Part shown: in pieces, positions 15,036 through 24,275 of the stretch
How the letters are laid out: every line of letters starts with the position of its first letter
How positions within the stretch are numbered: position 1 is the first letter of the stretch
Virus record (IMG/VR): IMGVR_UViG_3300032242_003291
Location: 124,001 to 188,000 of that record
Direction: 5' to 3' (one strand)
DNA length: 64,000 nucleotides
Notes under the pieces: generated by a model
Database searches by the model: none
Told to the model about the DNA's origin: nothing
Seen by the model: the letters and a program-made list of their open reading frames with translations, nothing else
Made by a program: the position numbers and the translations under genes

Positions 15036-15043
15036 TATAAATA
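15036..15043 (-). promoter_or_regulatory. TATTTATA motif (putative late promoter) driving leader 2
   Basis: Motif 13 nt before the leader ATG. Confidence 0.55.
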
Positions 15044-15056
15044 TATCCAAAATCAA

Positions 15057-15728
15057 TTAGTTATTCCCTTTTATAAAAATGTTTCCAGGTTTACTCATAT
15101 CGAACCTCATTACAGGACTCACAAAAGTAGTGTAAAGACGATATCTCCCTTTTGGTAAATAATTACCTGTGTAGTCAAAGTAATAGTTATAAATGGTACT
15201 ATTCAAAGTAACTATGGATGTTTTTAAACCTGTTCCGCCAATTTTGATTAATGATTGTTTGTATGTGTCATTGTTCATCGCATTAACAGGGATAAAGATG
15301 GTAACCCACACACTATTATCATTAATCGTTAAATTATTAATAGTTAATGAATCTATATTATGTGATATAACATTAACAGATTTGACTGAGGGTAGTTGTC
15401 CATTATACCAATATTTCAAATTAATATAATTCAAAACATCATTTTTATTTGCATCTGTAATTCCTGTTCCTAAATTGAATCCTAAAAATGGAAATCTTGT
15501 TGAATGTGTTACTGAATCTTTAAGATATTTCACAATTAAGTCTTGTTTTGATTTTGGTTCAATAAAAATGTAAGCAAGATTATTTGATTCTGATGTTATT
15601 GTGGATTTTGTAACCACATCATTCACTTGAATTGTATTGGTTTGATGGGATACGAAAATATCCTGTTTTGAACAAGAAACCACTGACACGGTTATTACCG
15701 CTGCTAAGATGAATTGTTTTAGTTTCAT
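15057..15728 (-). CDS. Lipoprotein of unknown function
   Basis: Signal peptide with lipobox VVS-C. Confidence 0.7.
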   Translation of the reverse strand: MKLKQFILAAVITVSVVSCSKQDIFVSHQTNTIQVNDVVTKSTITSESNNLAYIFIEPKSKQDLIVKYLKDSVTHSTRFPFLGFNLGTGITDANKNDVLNYINLKYWYNGQLPSVKSVNVISHNIDSLTINNLTINDNSVWVTIFIPVNAMNNDTYKQSLIKIGGTGLKTSIVTLNSTIYNYYFDYTGNYLPKGRYRLYTTFVSPVMRFDMSKPGNIFIKGNN

Positions 15729-15732
15729 GGTG

Positions 15733-16008
15733 TTATATGTATTTCTGAATGATTGTTTTTAATACTTCTTCATCTTCAATTGAGATAGAGTAATATACAT
15801 TTGTTAATTTTTGTAAGTTATCTGCAAAGTCGGATTGCATTCTACCAAGACCGTCGGACTTATTTTTTTGGTTTGAATTTAATACTGATGTCGGCAAATG
15901 ACCACTATCAACTAACTCTTCTATTAATTCTTTGATGTCACCTGGTCCACAAGCACTTACATATTCATAAGGTTGGATGTCCATGTCATCGGGTGTAAAA
16001 TCTGGCAT
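15733..16008 (-). CDS. Hypothetical protein
   Basis: 91-aa ORF after a TATCTTTG promoter box. Confidence 0.65.
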   Translation of the reverse strand: MPDFTPDDMDIQPYEYVSACGPGDIKELIEELVDSGHLPTSVLNSNQKNKSDGLGRMQSDFADNLQKLTNVYYSISIEDEEVLKTIIQKYI

Positions 16009-16079
16009 AATTTTTAATTTTGAAACACAAAGATAACATTTAATTTGATTCTACAAAAATTTTGTTGATATTTATTATT

Positions 16080-16190
16080 ATGATAGACAGAAATAAACAG
16101 TGTCTTTTGGGAACAATGACAACGTATGAGAACGTAGATGTATTGAGAAAAAATAATTCTCGAACCAATAAACTATTGCTAAATCTGTAG
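16080..16190 (+). CDS. Short ORF (36 aa) between TATTTAT motif and terminator; possible leader peptide
   Basis: MIDRNKQCLLGTMTTYENVDVLRKNNSRTNKLLLNL. Confidence 0.4.
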   Translation: MIDRNKQCLLGTMTTYENVDVLRKNNSRTNKLLLNL

Positions 16191-16197
16191 TATATCT

Positions 16198-16228
16198 AAA
16201 GGGGTCGATAAATTTGACCCCTTTTTTG
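16198..16228 (+). terminator. Intrinsic terminator
   Basis: AAAGGGGTC…GACCCCTTT plus T-tract. Confidence 0.8.
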
Positions 16229-16270
16229 TTTTATAATCAAAAATAAACTATCTTTGTTAAAATTAAAATT

Positions 16271-16759
16271 ATGAGTGGAGTATTGGTGTTGAATTATGAC
16301 TATACCCCTCTAAATGTAACAACAATTAGGAGGGGATTTGTTCTTGTGGATAAGGGTAGGGCCGAAATTATAAAATCGGACGAAAATCCTATTGTCACAG
16401 GTTACAAAACATACGTACGCCCTGTTATAATCAGATTGTTGAATTATATTAGACATAAATCAAGATTGTTGAGGGCAAATAGAACAAGAATCTACAAACG
16501 CGACCAATACCAATGTGTATATTGCGGTTCAAATAAGGATTTAACCTTAGACCACGTTATGCCCAAATCAAGGGGTGGTGGAAATGATTGGACAAACCTT
16601 GTAACATCTTGTTTCAAATGTAATCTTAAAAAGGGAAATAAGACTCCTGAAGAAGCTAAGATGTATATGAGACATAAACCACATGTCCCAACCATCATGG
16701 GGGATGATGGCAAATTATTAAACGTTTGGAATGATTATCAAAAATCCTTTTTTTCATAA
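16271..16759 (+). CDS. HNH endonuclease (McrA-like family)
   Basis: VLVLNYDYTPL N-terminus; RDQYQCVYCG…LTLDHVMPKSRGG…WTNLVTSCFKCN. Confidence 0.9.
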   Translation: MSGVLVLNYDYTPLNVTTIRRGFVLVDKGRAEIIKSDENPIVTGYKTYVRPVIIRLLNYIRHKSRLLRANRTRIYKRDQYQCVYCGSNKDLTLDHVMPKSRGGGNDWTNLVTSCFKCNLKKGNKTPEEAKMYMRHKPHVPTIMGDDGKLLNVWNDYQKSFFS

Positions 16760-16783
16760 AAATTTTTATTAAATTTAACTAAC

Positions 16784-17056
16784 ATGTCAAACGAAACTAA
16801 ATTAAGAGCGGGATTAGTATTTTCAATTTTAACATCATTATGGTTAACATTGATGTGGAATAATAGTATCATTACCGTCAAAGAACAAAAAAACAAAATT
16901 GATACTCTAACAAACTTATCAGATAGTTTACATGACGAATTATTTAACACAAATGTTGAGGTGGGTCGTTATGAATTAACATTTGACCATTTAAATGAAA
17001 AATATCCCAAAATATCCACAGAGATGGAAAATTGGAAGAATCACGAAACTGAATAA
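16784..17056 (+). CDS. Hypothetical protein with N-terminal TM anchor and coiled coil
   Basis: 90-aa ORF. Confidence 0.65.
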   Translation: MSNETKLRAGLVFSILTSLWLTLMWNNSIITVKEQKNKIDTLTNLSDSLHDELFNTNVEVGRYELTFDHLNEKYPKISTEMENWKNHETE

Positions 17057-17064
17057 TTATTAAT

Positions 17065-17346
17065 ATGCAAGAAAATTACACAAATCCAGAGCAAGTAGGT
17101 GAAGGTGGAAATCCACAAGACCTTGTAAACGCAACATTAATCTTCGCAAGAGCTTTAGGTCTCATCTTCAAAGACGGAGAAGGAATCGTTGTAGACGTTA
17201 AAGGAGACATCAAACTTGATGATGACACAAAAAAAGTTATTGTATTCAAGGGTGAAAACCAAGTTCACATTTATAAATGTGATGAGGATATTCCAGAAGG
17301 AAACGCTGTGAATATGGGACCTGAACCTGAAGAAACACAGGAATAA
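17065..17346 (+). CDS. Hypothetical protein
   Basis: 93-aa acidic ORF in operon. Confidence 0.65.
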   Translation: MQENYTNPEQVGEGGNPQDLVNATLIFARALGLIFKDGEGIVVDVKGDIKLDDDTKKVIVFKGENQVHIYKCDEDIPEGNAVNMGPEPEETQE

Positions 17347-17366
17347 TTTTTTTAAAAATTTTTTAC

Positions 17367-19040
17367 ATGAGGGCATTAGGATTTTCTGTTGGCCATGATA
17401 AGGGCGCAGTTATAATTGAAGATGGCAAGGTTCTTGTTGGTATTACACAAGAAAGATTGACAAGAATAAAGCATGACGGAGCATATCAAGGGGGGAAAAT
17501 TCCTACCGAATCAATAAATTATTGCCTAAATTATTTGGGAATAACTTACAAGGATATCGATGTATTTGTATACAGTACAACAGAAATGATTGATGATGTA
17601 GATGACCAAATTAGAAAATTTTTTAAGTCCGATTTATCAGGTAAAACAACTTTTATACCTCACCATTTAGCACACGCATATTCATCTTTTTTCAGTTCGG
17701 GATTTGATGATGCTGCGGTTATTGTTGCAGACGCATCAGGAAGTATTCTTAACCTTTCAAACAAATTACCTAATTGGTATAAGGACGTTAAAAATGATGG
17801 TATAGATACAGAAGAAGATTGGACTGAAGGAATCTCAATATATAATTTCAAGAAAAATGAATATAATGAAGTTTATAAAAAATGGATAAAATATCCTGTA
17901 CCCTTAGAAACCGAGGATGGTGTGTCCCTTGGGACAATTTATTCTGAGGGTTCTTTACAATTAGTTTATGAATCAAATTTGCATACATGGCCTGCTGGTA
18001 AATTAATGGGATTAGCTTCTTATGCAAATCCTGAAATTGTTGAAGAAGCTCCTCCATTTGTAATTGAAAAAGACGATGATATTTTTATTCCAAATAAAAG
18101 AATTTATCCAAGAGTAGATTGGAGTTGCGATTTTTATTCAAGAGCATGTGTTGCAGGAATATATCAAAGAGAACAAGAAAGGGCAAGTTTAATTTTAGCA
18201 AACATGGCAAAAAAATTAACTAAATCAAATAATGTTTGTGTTGCTGGTGGTTCATTCTTGAATTGCAATTCCAACGAAAAAATATTGAATTCAGGTTTAT
18301 TTGAAGGGTGTTATTTTATTCCACCGTCAGACGACAGTGGAATTCCATTAGGATGTGCATGGTACGGTTATCAAAAATTAATTGATGTTGAACAAACAGA
18401 AATGTTGAGTCCTTATTTAGGTAAAACATATTCGGAGAAAGAAATTATTACAACAATTAATGAAAATCCATATTTGATTTTCGATAGGTATGATGATTTT
18501 AGTTTATTGAGTGAGGATGTATCTTATTGGTTATCTCAAAATAGAGTTATTGGTTGGTTTCAAGATGGTTCAGAAATTGGTCCGAGAGCCTTAGGAAATC
18601 GTTCTATATTAGCATCTCCAATCCATTCATGGATGACTGGACATATTAATTCAGATATTAAAAAAAGGGAATGGTATCGACCATTTGCGCCAGCTGTTTT
18701 ATTTGAACATCAATCAGAAATTTTTGAATCAGACGTATATTCACCTTACATGTTGGTTACTACATCAGTTAAAAAAGAATGGAAAAGCAAAATACCTGCG
18801 GTTACACACATAGATAATTCAGCAAGACATCAATCCGTGACTGAAACAAACAATCCAAAATTTTATTCTTTAATTAAAAATTTTTATAATAAGACTGGAG
18901 TTCCTGTTCTATTGAATACAAGCTTCAATGGTCCGAAAGAACCAATTGTTGAAACTCCTCAGGATGCCATAAATACATTTATGGAAACTGGCTTGGATTT
19001 TTTAGTTATCGGTAATATTTTAATTAAAAAGAAACCATAA
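17367..19040 (+). CDS. Carbamoyltransferase (NodU/CmcH/TobZ family)
   Basis: GHDKGA, QERLTRIKH, HHLAHAYS, EIGPRALGNRSILA, KKREWYRPFAP, VLLNTSFN motifs. Confidence 0.92.
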   Translation: MRALGFSVGHDKGAVIIEDGKVLVGITQERLTRIKHDGAYQGGKIPTESINYCLNYLGITYKDIDVFVYSTTEMIDDVDDQIRKFFKSDLSGKTTFIPHHLAHAYSSFFSSGFDDAAVIVADASGSILNLSNKLPNWYKDVKNDGIDTEEDWTEGISIYNFKKNEYNEVYKKWIKYPVPLETEDGVSLGTIYSEGSLQLVYESNLHTWPAGKLMGLASYANPEIVEEAPPFVIEKDDDIFIPNKRIYPRVDWSCDFYSRACVAGIYQREQERASLILANMAKKLTKSNNVCVAGGSFLNCNSNEKILNSGLFEGCYFIPPSDDSGIPLGCAWYGYQKLIDVEQTEMLSPYLGKTYSEKEIITTINENPYLIFDRYDDFSLLSEDVSYWLSQNRVIGWFQDGSEIGPRALGNRSILASPIHSWMTGHINSDIKKREWYRPFAPAVLFEHQSEIFESDVYSPYMLVTTSVKKEWKSKIPAVTHIDNSARHQSVTETNNPKFYSLIKNFYNKTGVPVLLNTSFNGPKEPIVETPQDAINTFMETGLDFLVIGNILIKKKP

Positions 19041-19090
19041 TATTTTGTTGGTTTTATCAAAAGTCCTTATCTTTGTCAAAATATTAGATT

Positions 19091-19771
19091 ATGACAATAG
19101 GACAAGATTTCCAAAATTACTATGTTAAACACTTAGGTAAAAATTCTTTAGATTTACACAATTTTACAAATCAGATTGAGTCATCCATGACTCCCTACAT
19201 TTTAGAAGAAAGAGAAATGAGGGTTACACAGATGGACATTTTTTCAAGATTAATGCGTGACCGTTTATTGTGGGTTGCAGGTCCTGTAGACGATAGAATG
19301 TCAACAGTGGTCCAAGCTCAATTAATGTTCCTAGACTCCTCAGATAAGTCTGATATTACCATGCACATTGATTCTCCTGGTGGTAGTGTTAAATCAGGTT
19401 TATCTATGGTTGACGTAATGAACTTCATTTCTTGTGACATCAGAACCGTTAACACAGGTATGGCAGCCTCTATGGGCTCAGTTTTACTTGGTGCTGGCAC
19501 TAAAGGTAAACGTAGTTCTCTTAGATTTTCCAAAACAATGTTACACCAAACCTCAGGTGGTGCTGGTGGTAACATTCAGGACGCTCGTATCAATATGATT
19601 GAGTGGGAAAAAACAAATAAAATCTTATTTGAACTTTTAGGTGAATTCTGTAGTAAAACTGCAGAACAAGTTATGAATGATGCTCAAAGAGATTTATGGT
19701 TAAGTGCTGAAGAAGCTTTGGATTATGGAATCATTGATGAAATTGTTAAAACAAAAAAGAAGGGTAAATAA
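19091..19771 (+). CDS. clpP: ATP-dependent Clp protease proteolytic subunit
   Basis: DIFSRLMRDR, IDSPGGSV, GMAASMGSVLL (catalytic Ser), MLHQ, RDLWLSAEEALDYGIID. Confidence 0.95.
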   Translation: MTIGQDFQNYYVKHLGKNSLDLHNFTNQIESSMTPYILEEREMRVTQMDIFSRLMRDRLLWVAGPVDDRMSTVVQAQLMFLDSSDKSDITMHIDSPGGSVKSGLSMVDVMNFISCDIRTVNTGMAASMGSVLLGAGTKGKRSSLRFSKTMLHQTSGGAGGNIQDARINMIEWEKTNKILFELLGEFCSKTAEQVMNDAQRDLWLSAEEALDYGIIDEIVKTKKKGK

Positions 19772-19785
19772 CCCTTCTTTTTTTA
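19758..19785. terminator. Intrinsic terminator after clpP
   Basis: AAGAAGGGT-AAATA-ACCCTTCTT plus T-tract. Confidence 0.7.
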
Positions 19786-19825
19786 GACTTTAGAACACCC
19801 CCTTTTGTTTTTTTTGCCCTTTTTA

Positions 19826-20506
19826 TTAACTAGCTGGTACCGCTGCTGGTGCATTGGCCCCGCTTGGTTTTAATTTTGATACAACTTCACTTGCATTACT
19901 TGTGAACTTACTAAATAAGTTACAAATTGTTTCTTCTAATTGTCCTTCTAAATGTTGAACAAAATCAGCATTTCTTATTGTTGCATTTAATGTGTTTCTA
20001 AGAAAACTATATCCAGCACCTGACATTCCATGAGATTGTAATAGTGACATTTCAACACCCTCAGTTAATGCTTCTGCAACTAATCTAGTTAACGTTTTAC
20101 AATCACCTCTTAAAACTTTGGCTAAATCACCTAAGTTACTTGTAAAAAATGAAATCAAAACATTTTTGAAATATCCGTCCTCAAAACCTAAAGCACTTAA
20201 AATAGAATTTACTAAAGGTTCTCCAATCATTTGAGATAATCCTGAAAATGAATTACCAAAAATAGAACTCAACATATCCCATAAACCTTCATTCAATATT
20301 TTTTGGTCATCCATGATTAACATTTCTCTTAGGATTCCATCTGCAATTTTTCTTTGTTTTCTTCTTGGTAAAGAATTGAAATTTCTGATATTATCCTCGG
20401 ATTCGACAATCATCATGATTCTACTTTTAACTAAACTTTGTTCAATCAAAAGTCTTTCTTTCTTTTCTTTAGCTTCAACTAAAGCTTGTCTTATTTCTTT
20501 TTTCAT
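19826..20506 (-). CDS. Hypothetical, probably virion-associated protein
   Basis: ORF in TATTTAT-led cluster; start corrected to MKKEIRQ. Confidence 0.65.
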   Translation of the reverse strand: MKKEIRQALVEAKEKKERLLIEQSLVKSRIMMIVESEDNIRNFNSLPRRKQRKIADGILREMLIMDDQKILNEGLWDMLSSIFGNSFSGLSQMIGEPLVNSILSALGFEDGYFKNVLISFFTSNLGDLAKVLRGDCKTLTRLVAEALTEGVEMSLLQSHGMSGAGYSFLRNTLNATIRNADFVQHLEGQLEETICNLFSKFTSNASEVVSKLKPSGANAPAAVPAS

Positions 20507-20516
20507 TATTTTTTTA

Positions 20517-21599
20517 TTACTTAAGTTTCCATTTAGCATCATCTCCGTATGGTGAAGGTCCACCAGCACCACCTCTTAATACGTCAATATATCCGTCAAG
20601 ACTTCCACTACCTTCTCCTTTTTTAAGACTTCCTATGAATCCCCATTTTTTATAGTATCTATCTGCACAAGCTTGAACTAATCTCTTAGCTTCATCAAAT
20701 TCTCTATCCGATACTGTTATTGAGTTTCTTCCGTTGTATAAGTTATAGAAACTTAATACATTTTGTCTACAAACTTCGATATTTGGAGTTTGGTCTTTAA
20801 TGATATTATTCAAAATATCAGTTTTTACATTAGCCAAATTTCTTTGTGTTGTATAAACAGTTAAACCTGGTTTAGGAAAAACTTTTTCACTTCCAGGTGC
20901 AATTGTTGATATGAATAATCCAGATGCTGCTTCACGAGGGGTTAAGTTTATTTTATATAAAACTTCATTTTGTTGTCCTGTTTTAACATCAACACCTTTT
21001 ACCCAGTTGTTAATCCAAGCTTCTTGTTCTGGTGTATAATTATCTGTTTTACCTTCTTGAGTTTTTAATCTATATAAATTATATTTTGGATGTTTTTCAT
21101 ATAACTGAGCTAATTCGTCATTAGTTACATTAATATCTTTTCTTTCTTTCCAATTACCTGATTTTTTCTCTAATTCAATGTCGCCAGCATTAGGGTCTGG
21201 TCCTTTTTCAAATAAAGCATCACATTTCCAAGGTTTGTTTTGTGCTACTAATGTTTTAACACCATTTTGATTTCTAACTACGTCAAACGTCATATCATCT
21301 TTCACATAAATTACATCTCCTACTGTAAAATATTTGTTGTTTGAATCATAATCAGCCACTTTAACTAAAACTGTTGGTTTACCTGGTGCACTTTGTAATT
21401 TACCCCCTACAGCAATTCTACATCCTTTTTCTCTTGCCGCTTTTAATAAGTCTACTCCTTTTAATTGGGGAGTTTGTGGAGCATCTTGCTCGTCAATTCT
21501 TTTTTTGGATAATTTAGAATTGAGAGATTCTTTAATTACATTATGTAATTCTAAAATTTGTTCTTTTTCAGATTCACTGATGTTAAAATTTGTTTTCAT
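20517..21599 (-). CDS. Hypothetical, probably virion-associated protein
   Basis: 360-aa ORF with N-terminal ISESEKEQILELH motif. Confidence 0.7.
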   Translation of the reverse strand: MKTNFNISESEKEQILELHNVIKESLNSKLSKKRIDEQDAPQTPQLKGVDLLKAAREKGCRIAVGGKLQSAPGKPTVLVKVADYDSNNKYFTVGDVIYVKDDMTFDVVRNQNGVKTLVAQNKPWKCDALFEKGPDPNAGDIELEKKSGNWKERKDINVTNDELAQLYEKHPKYNLYRLKTQEGKTDNYTPEQEAWINNWVKGVDVKTGQQNEVLYKINLTPREAASGLFISTIAPGSEKVFPKPGLTVYTTQRNLANVKTDILNNIIKDQTPNIEVCRQNVLSFYNLYNGRNSITVSDREFDEAKRLVQACADRYYKKWGFIGSLKKGEGSGSLDGYIDVLRGGAGGPSPYGDDAKWKLK

Positions 21600-21607
21600 A
21601 TCTTATA

Positions 21608-22576
21608 TTATTGTTCTGGTACTTCTTTTGTAGTTGAAGTTGTATTATTAGTTGCATTTGTGGTATTTGTATTGGTTTGATTTACATTTGGTGTTGCATC
21701 TTCCGTTTCTGATGATGAATAATCTTCGTATCCTGTTTTATTTTGATTACAAATTTTATCTACGTCCGCGTCCGTAAATGTTGTAAAACCTTTTTCAGTT
21801 AATGCTGCCTTTGTTTTAGGTCCAAATTTTCCGTCAGTAGATAGTTTTAAACAACCTTGTACTTTTGCTATAACATCAGACTTACATCCATACTGATAAG
21901 TTCCCGTGCATGGTTTATATGATGTTCCACCACCTGTTCCACCACCGTCAGTTTTTTTCTTATCGTCATTTGTTTTTTCAGAAGCAGCTTTACTTGCTCT
22001 GATTGCTGGTCGTAATGGTAAAAAAACGTAATCTCTCCATTCCGAATCACCATCCAAATCTCCATCTAAATCACTAACTAAATCACCATAAGTTTCTTTA
22101 TAGTTATCAACTAATCCACATAAATCTGGAACTGTGGGTATTTGTGAAAAAACACTTTTAATAGCATCTTCATCTGTACCCAGTCCATCCACCGCGGTAT
22201 ATATTGCATCGGATAATTTATCAAATGTGGCATCGTCTAAAGTTTTTTTACCAAGTTCATTTGTGTTTGTTGAACATGCTTTAACTAGTGCTTTGAAATT
22301 ATCTTCTCTTATACTGCTAGATGACATTCCAACAACTAATCCATAAATTCCACCTAAAACTGCTCCAGGTATTGCACCTACACCACCACCAAAAACGGCA
22401 CCAGCTCCAGCACCTACAGATGCTCCGCCAGCAATATCTTTCCAAATATTTGATTGTTCTGATAAATTAACTCCTGCAGATTCAACGTTTTCAGTTAATG
22501 TTTTTTTTGTATCATATCCCATCATTAATTTTGCTTTTTGTAAAGCTTCTTCGGGACTGTATTTAGGATGTACCAT
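21608..22576 (-). CDS. Protein with glycine zipper, annexin-like repeat and peptidoglycan-binding domain
   Basis: GAGAGAVFGGGVGAIPGAVLGG; AVDGLGTDEDAIKSVF; KVQGCLKLSTDGKFGPKTKAAL. Confidence 0.7.
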   Translation of the reverse strand: MVHPKYSPEEALQKAKLMMGYDTKKTLTENVESAGVNLSEQSNIWKDIAGGASVGAGAGAVFGGGVGAIPGAVLGGIYGLVVGMSSSSIREDNFKALVKACSTNTNELGKKTLDDATFDKLSDAIYTAVDGLGTDEDAIKSVFSQIPTVPDLCGLVDNYKETYGDLVSDLDGDLDGDSEWRDYVFLPLRPAIRASKAASEKTNDDKKKTDGGGTGGGTSYKPCTGTYQYGCKSDVIAKVQGCLKLSTDGKFGPKTKAALTEKGFTTFTDADVDKICNQNKTGYEDYSSSETEDATPNVNQTNTNTTNATNNTTSTTKEVPEQ

Positions 22577-22604
22577 ATTATTTTATTTTATAAATATATT
22601 GTTT

Positions 22605-22877
22605 TTACCAAATTTGATTTGCTAATCCTCGATTAAGACCTGTTGACCATTTTTCACCTGCCTTACCAAGCATATTTGCTTTCCCTCTTTTTATTCCGTA
22701 GTTATCTGCCCATTTTGGTACTGATGAAGATGAACTACCACCTGAAGATGATGATGGGGATGATGGAGCCGCTGCGGGAGCCGCAGCTGCTTCCTGCTCT
22801 CCTATTTCACTTTTATCACTTTCATTTTTAGTGTATTTCTCAAAAAAGTTGATTAAAAAATCTATATCTAAATTCAT
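22605..22877 (-). CDS. Hypothetical protein with Ala/Ser-rich linker
   Basis: Start at MNLDIDF, directly after TATTTATA. Confidence 0.6.
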   Translation of the reverse strand: MNLDIDFLINFFEKYTKNESDKSEIGEQEAAAAPAAAPSSPSSSSGGSSSSSVPKWADNYGIKRGKANMLGKAGEKWSTGLNRGLANQIW

Positions 22878-22899
22878 ATGATATAAATATTTTAATATC

Positions 22900-23199
22900 T
22901 TAATAAAACTCAGCCTTAGGTAAAACGTCAGAATTAATTGTGTAGTATTCATTTAAAAACGTAATCAACTCATCTTCATCCAATTCAACCTTTTCTTCTT
23001 CAATTAAATCATCTTCGAATTCTTCATCGAAAAAATCAAAAGATTCTGTTATTAAATCGAACCCATAAGTTTCAACTATAGTATAATCAATATTATCAGT
23101 CCTTAAAACCTCATCATTATCATCTATAGTCCTGAATGATACCTCCAAAATATTTGTATCTGAATTTAAAAAATACGATACGATTTCTTTTATTTCCAT
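22900..23199 (-). CDS. Acidic hypothetical protein
   Basis: 99-aa ORF. Confidence 0.65.
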   Translation of the reverse strand: MEIKEIVSYFLNSDTNILEVSFRTIDDNDEVLRTDNIDYTIVETYGFDLITESFDFFDEEFEDDLIEEEKVELDEDELITFLNEYYTINSDVLPKAEFY

Positions 23200-23295
23200 A
23201 ATAAAACAATTTATAAAGAAATATTACAAAAAGAAGCAAAAGTCATATTTTTTTATTCTTATTTATTATTATACTTAAATTATAAAACTTAACAT

Positions 23296-23877
23296 ATGAG
23301 ATTTAACTCTTTAACGATTGACGACTTTTACGCCAACCCAATGGAAGTTAGAGAATTTGCATTACAACAAGAATTTAAAGTAAGAGGAAATTATCCTGGA
23401 CAAAGAACAGTATCTTTTTTGAATGATTCCATCAAACAAAAAATGAGAGATATACTTTATCCATTTGCTGGTGAGGTTACTTGGTGGGGTGGAGACTATA
23501 CAGGGTCATTCCAATATACAACAGCCTCAGACAGGTCTTGGATACACGCGGACTCAACAACTGATTGGGCGGCAGTTTGTTATTTAACTCCGAATGCACC
23601 CGTAAGTGCTGGAACAGGCATTTTTAGACATAAAAAAACTGGATGGATGAATTACGATTATAAAAGAGAAAACGAACCAGGTTATAATGAATCAGCACCT
23701 CCAGGAAATGAAATGCAAGATTATACTAAATGGGAAATGGTTGATAGAGTTGGTAATATTTTTAATCGTCTAATCATGTACAGAGCAGATAACTATCACG
23801 TATCTTTAGACTATTTTGGTAAGGATATGTACGATGGAAGATTATTCCAAGTATTTTTCTTTAACACAGAACGTTAA
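23296..23877 (+). CDS. 2OG-Fe(II) oxygenase-like protein (phage DUF6445-like)
   Basis: TIDDFYANP, GNYPGQR, WIHADS, GTGIFRHK, NRLIMY…YH…GRLFQVFF. Confidence 0.7.
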   Translation: MRFNSLTIDDFYANPMEVREFALQQEFKVRGNYPGQRTVSFLNDSIKQKMRDILYPFAGEVTWWGGDYTGSFQYTTASDRSWIHADSTTDWAAVCYLTPNAPVSAGTGIFRHKKTGWMNYDYKRENEPGYNESAPPGNEMQDYTKWEMVDRVGNIFNRLIMYRADNYHVSLDYFGKDMYDGRLFQVFFFNTER

Positions 23878-24275
23878 GAATTGGCATCTAATATAAATTG
23901 GGGATTTAAATCTCCAATTATTTCCAAAATACCTTCAATACAATAACAACGAGAGAAAGTACTCGATACAACTCTTTTTCTATTAAATCCAATAATTAAA
24001 GGGTAAAACACATTATTTTTGTAAACATTTTTTGTAAAAATGTTACCAAGATTCATAACAAAGTCGAATGAATCTTCTATGTCACTTTCAAAGTAAGGGA
24101 TTGGGATAAATTCCAAAATACTTTTCAATGGATTTGGATTTCGATAATCTTCTGGTTCAAATAAAGGTTTAATGTGTGTTGATGACATATTCCGAACAAC
24201 AAAATTCCAAAGAAAATATTCATTCTCTTTGGAAATTCTATAAAAATCATCGACTTTAATTTTTTCTCTAACCAT
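23874..24275 (-). CDS. Hypothetical protein
   Basis: 133-aa ORF coupled to the oxygenase gene. Confidence 0.55.
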   Translation of the reverse strand: MVREKIKVDDFYRISKENEYFLWNFVVRNMSSTHIKPLFEPEDYRNPNPLKSILEFIPIPYFESDIEDSFDFVMNLGNIFTKNVYKNNVFYPLIIGFNRKRVVSSTFSRCYCIEGILEIIGDLNPQFILDANS

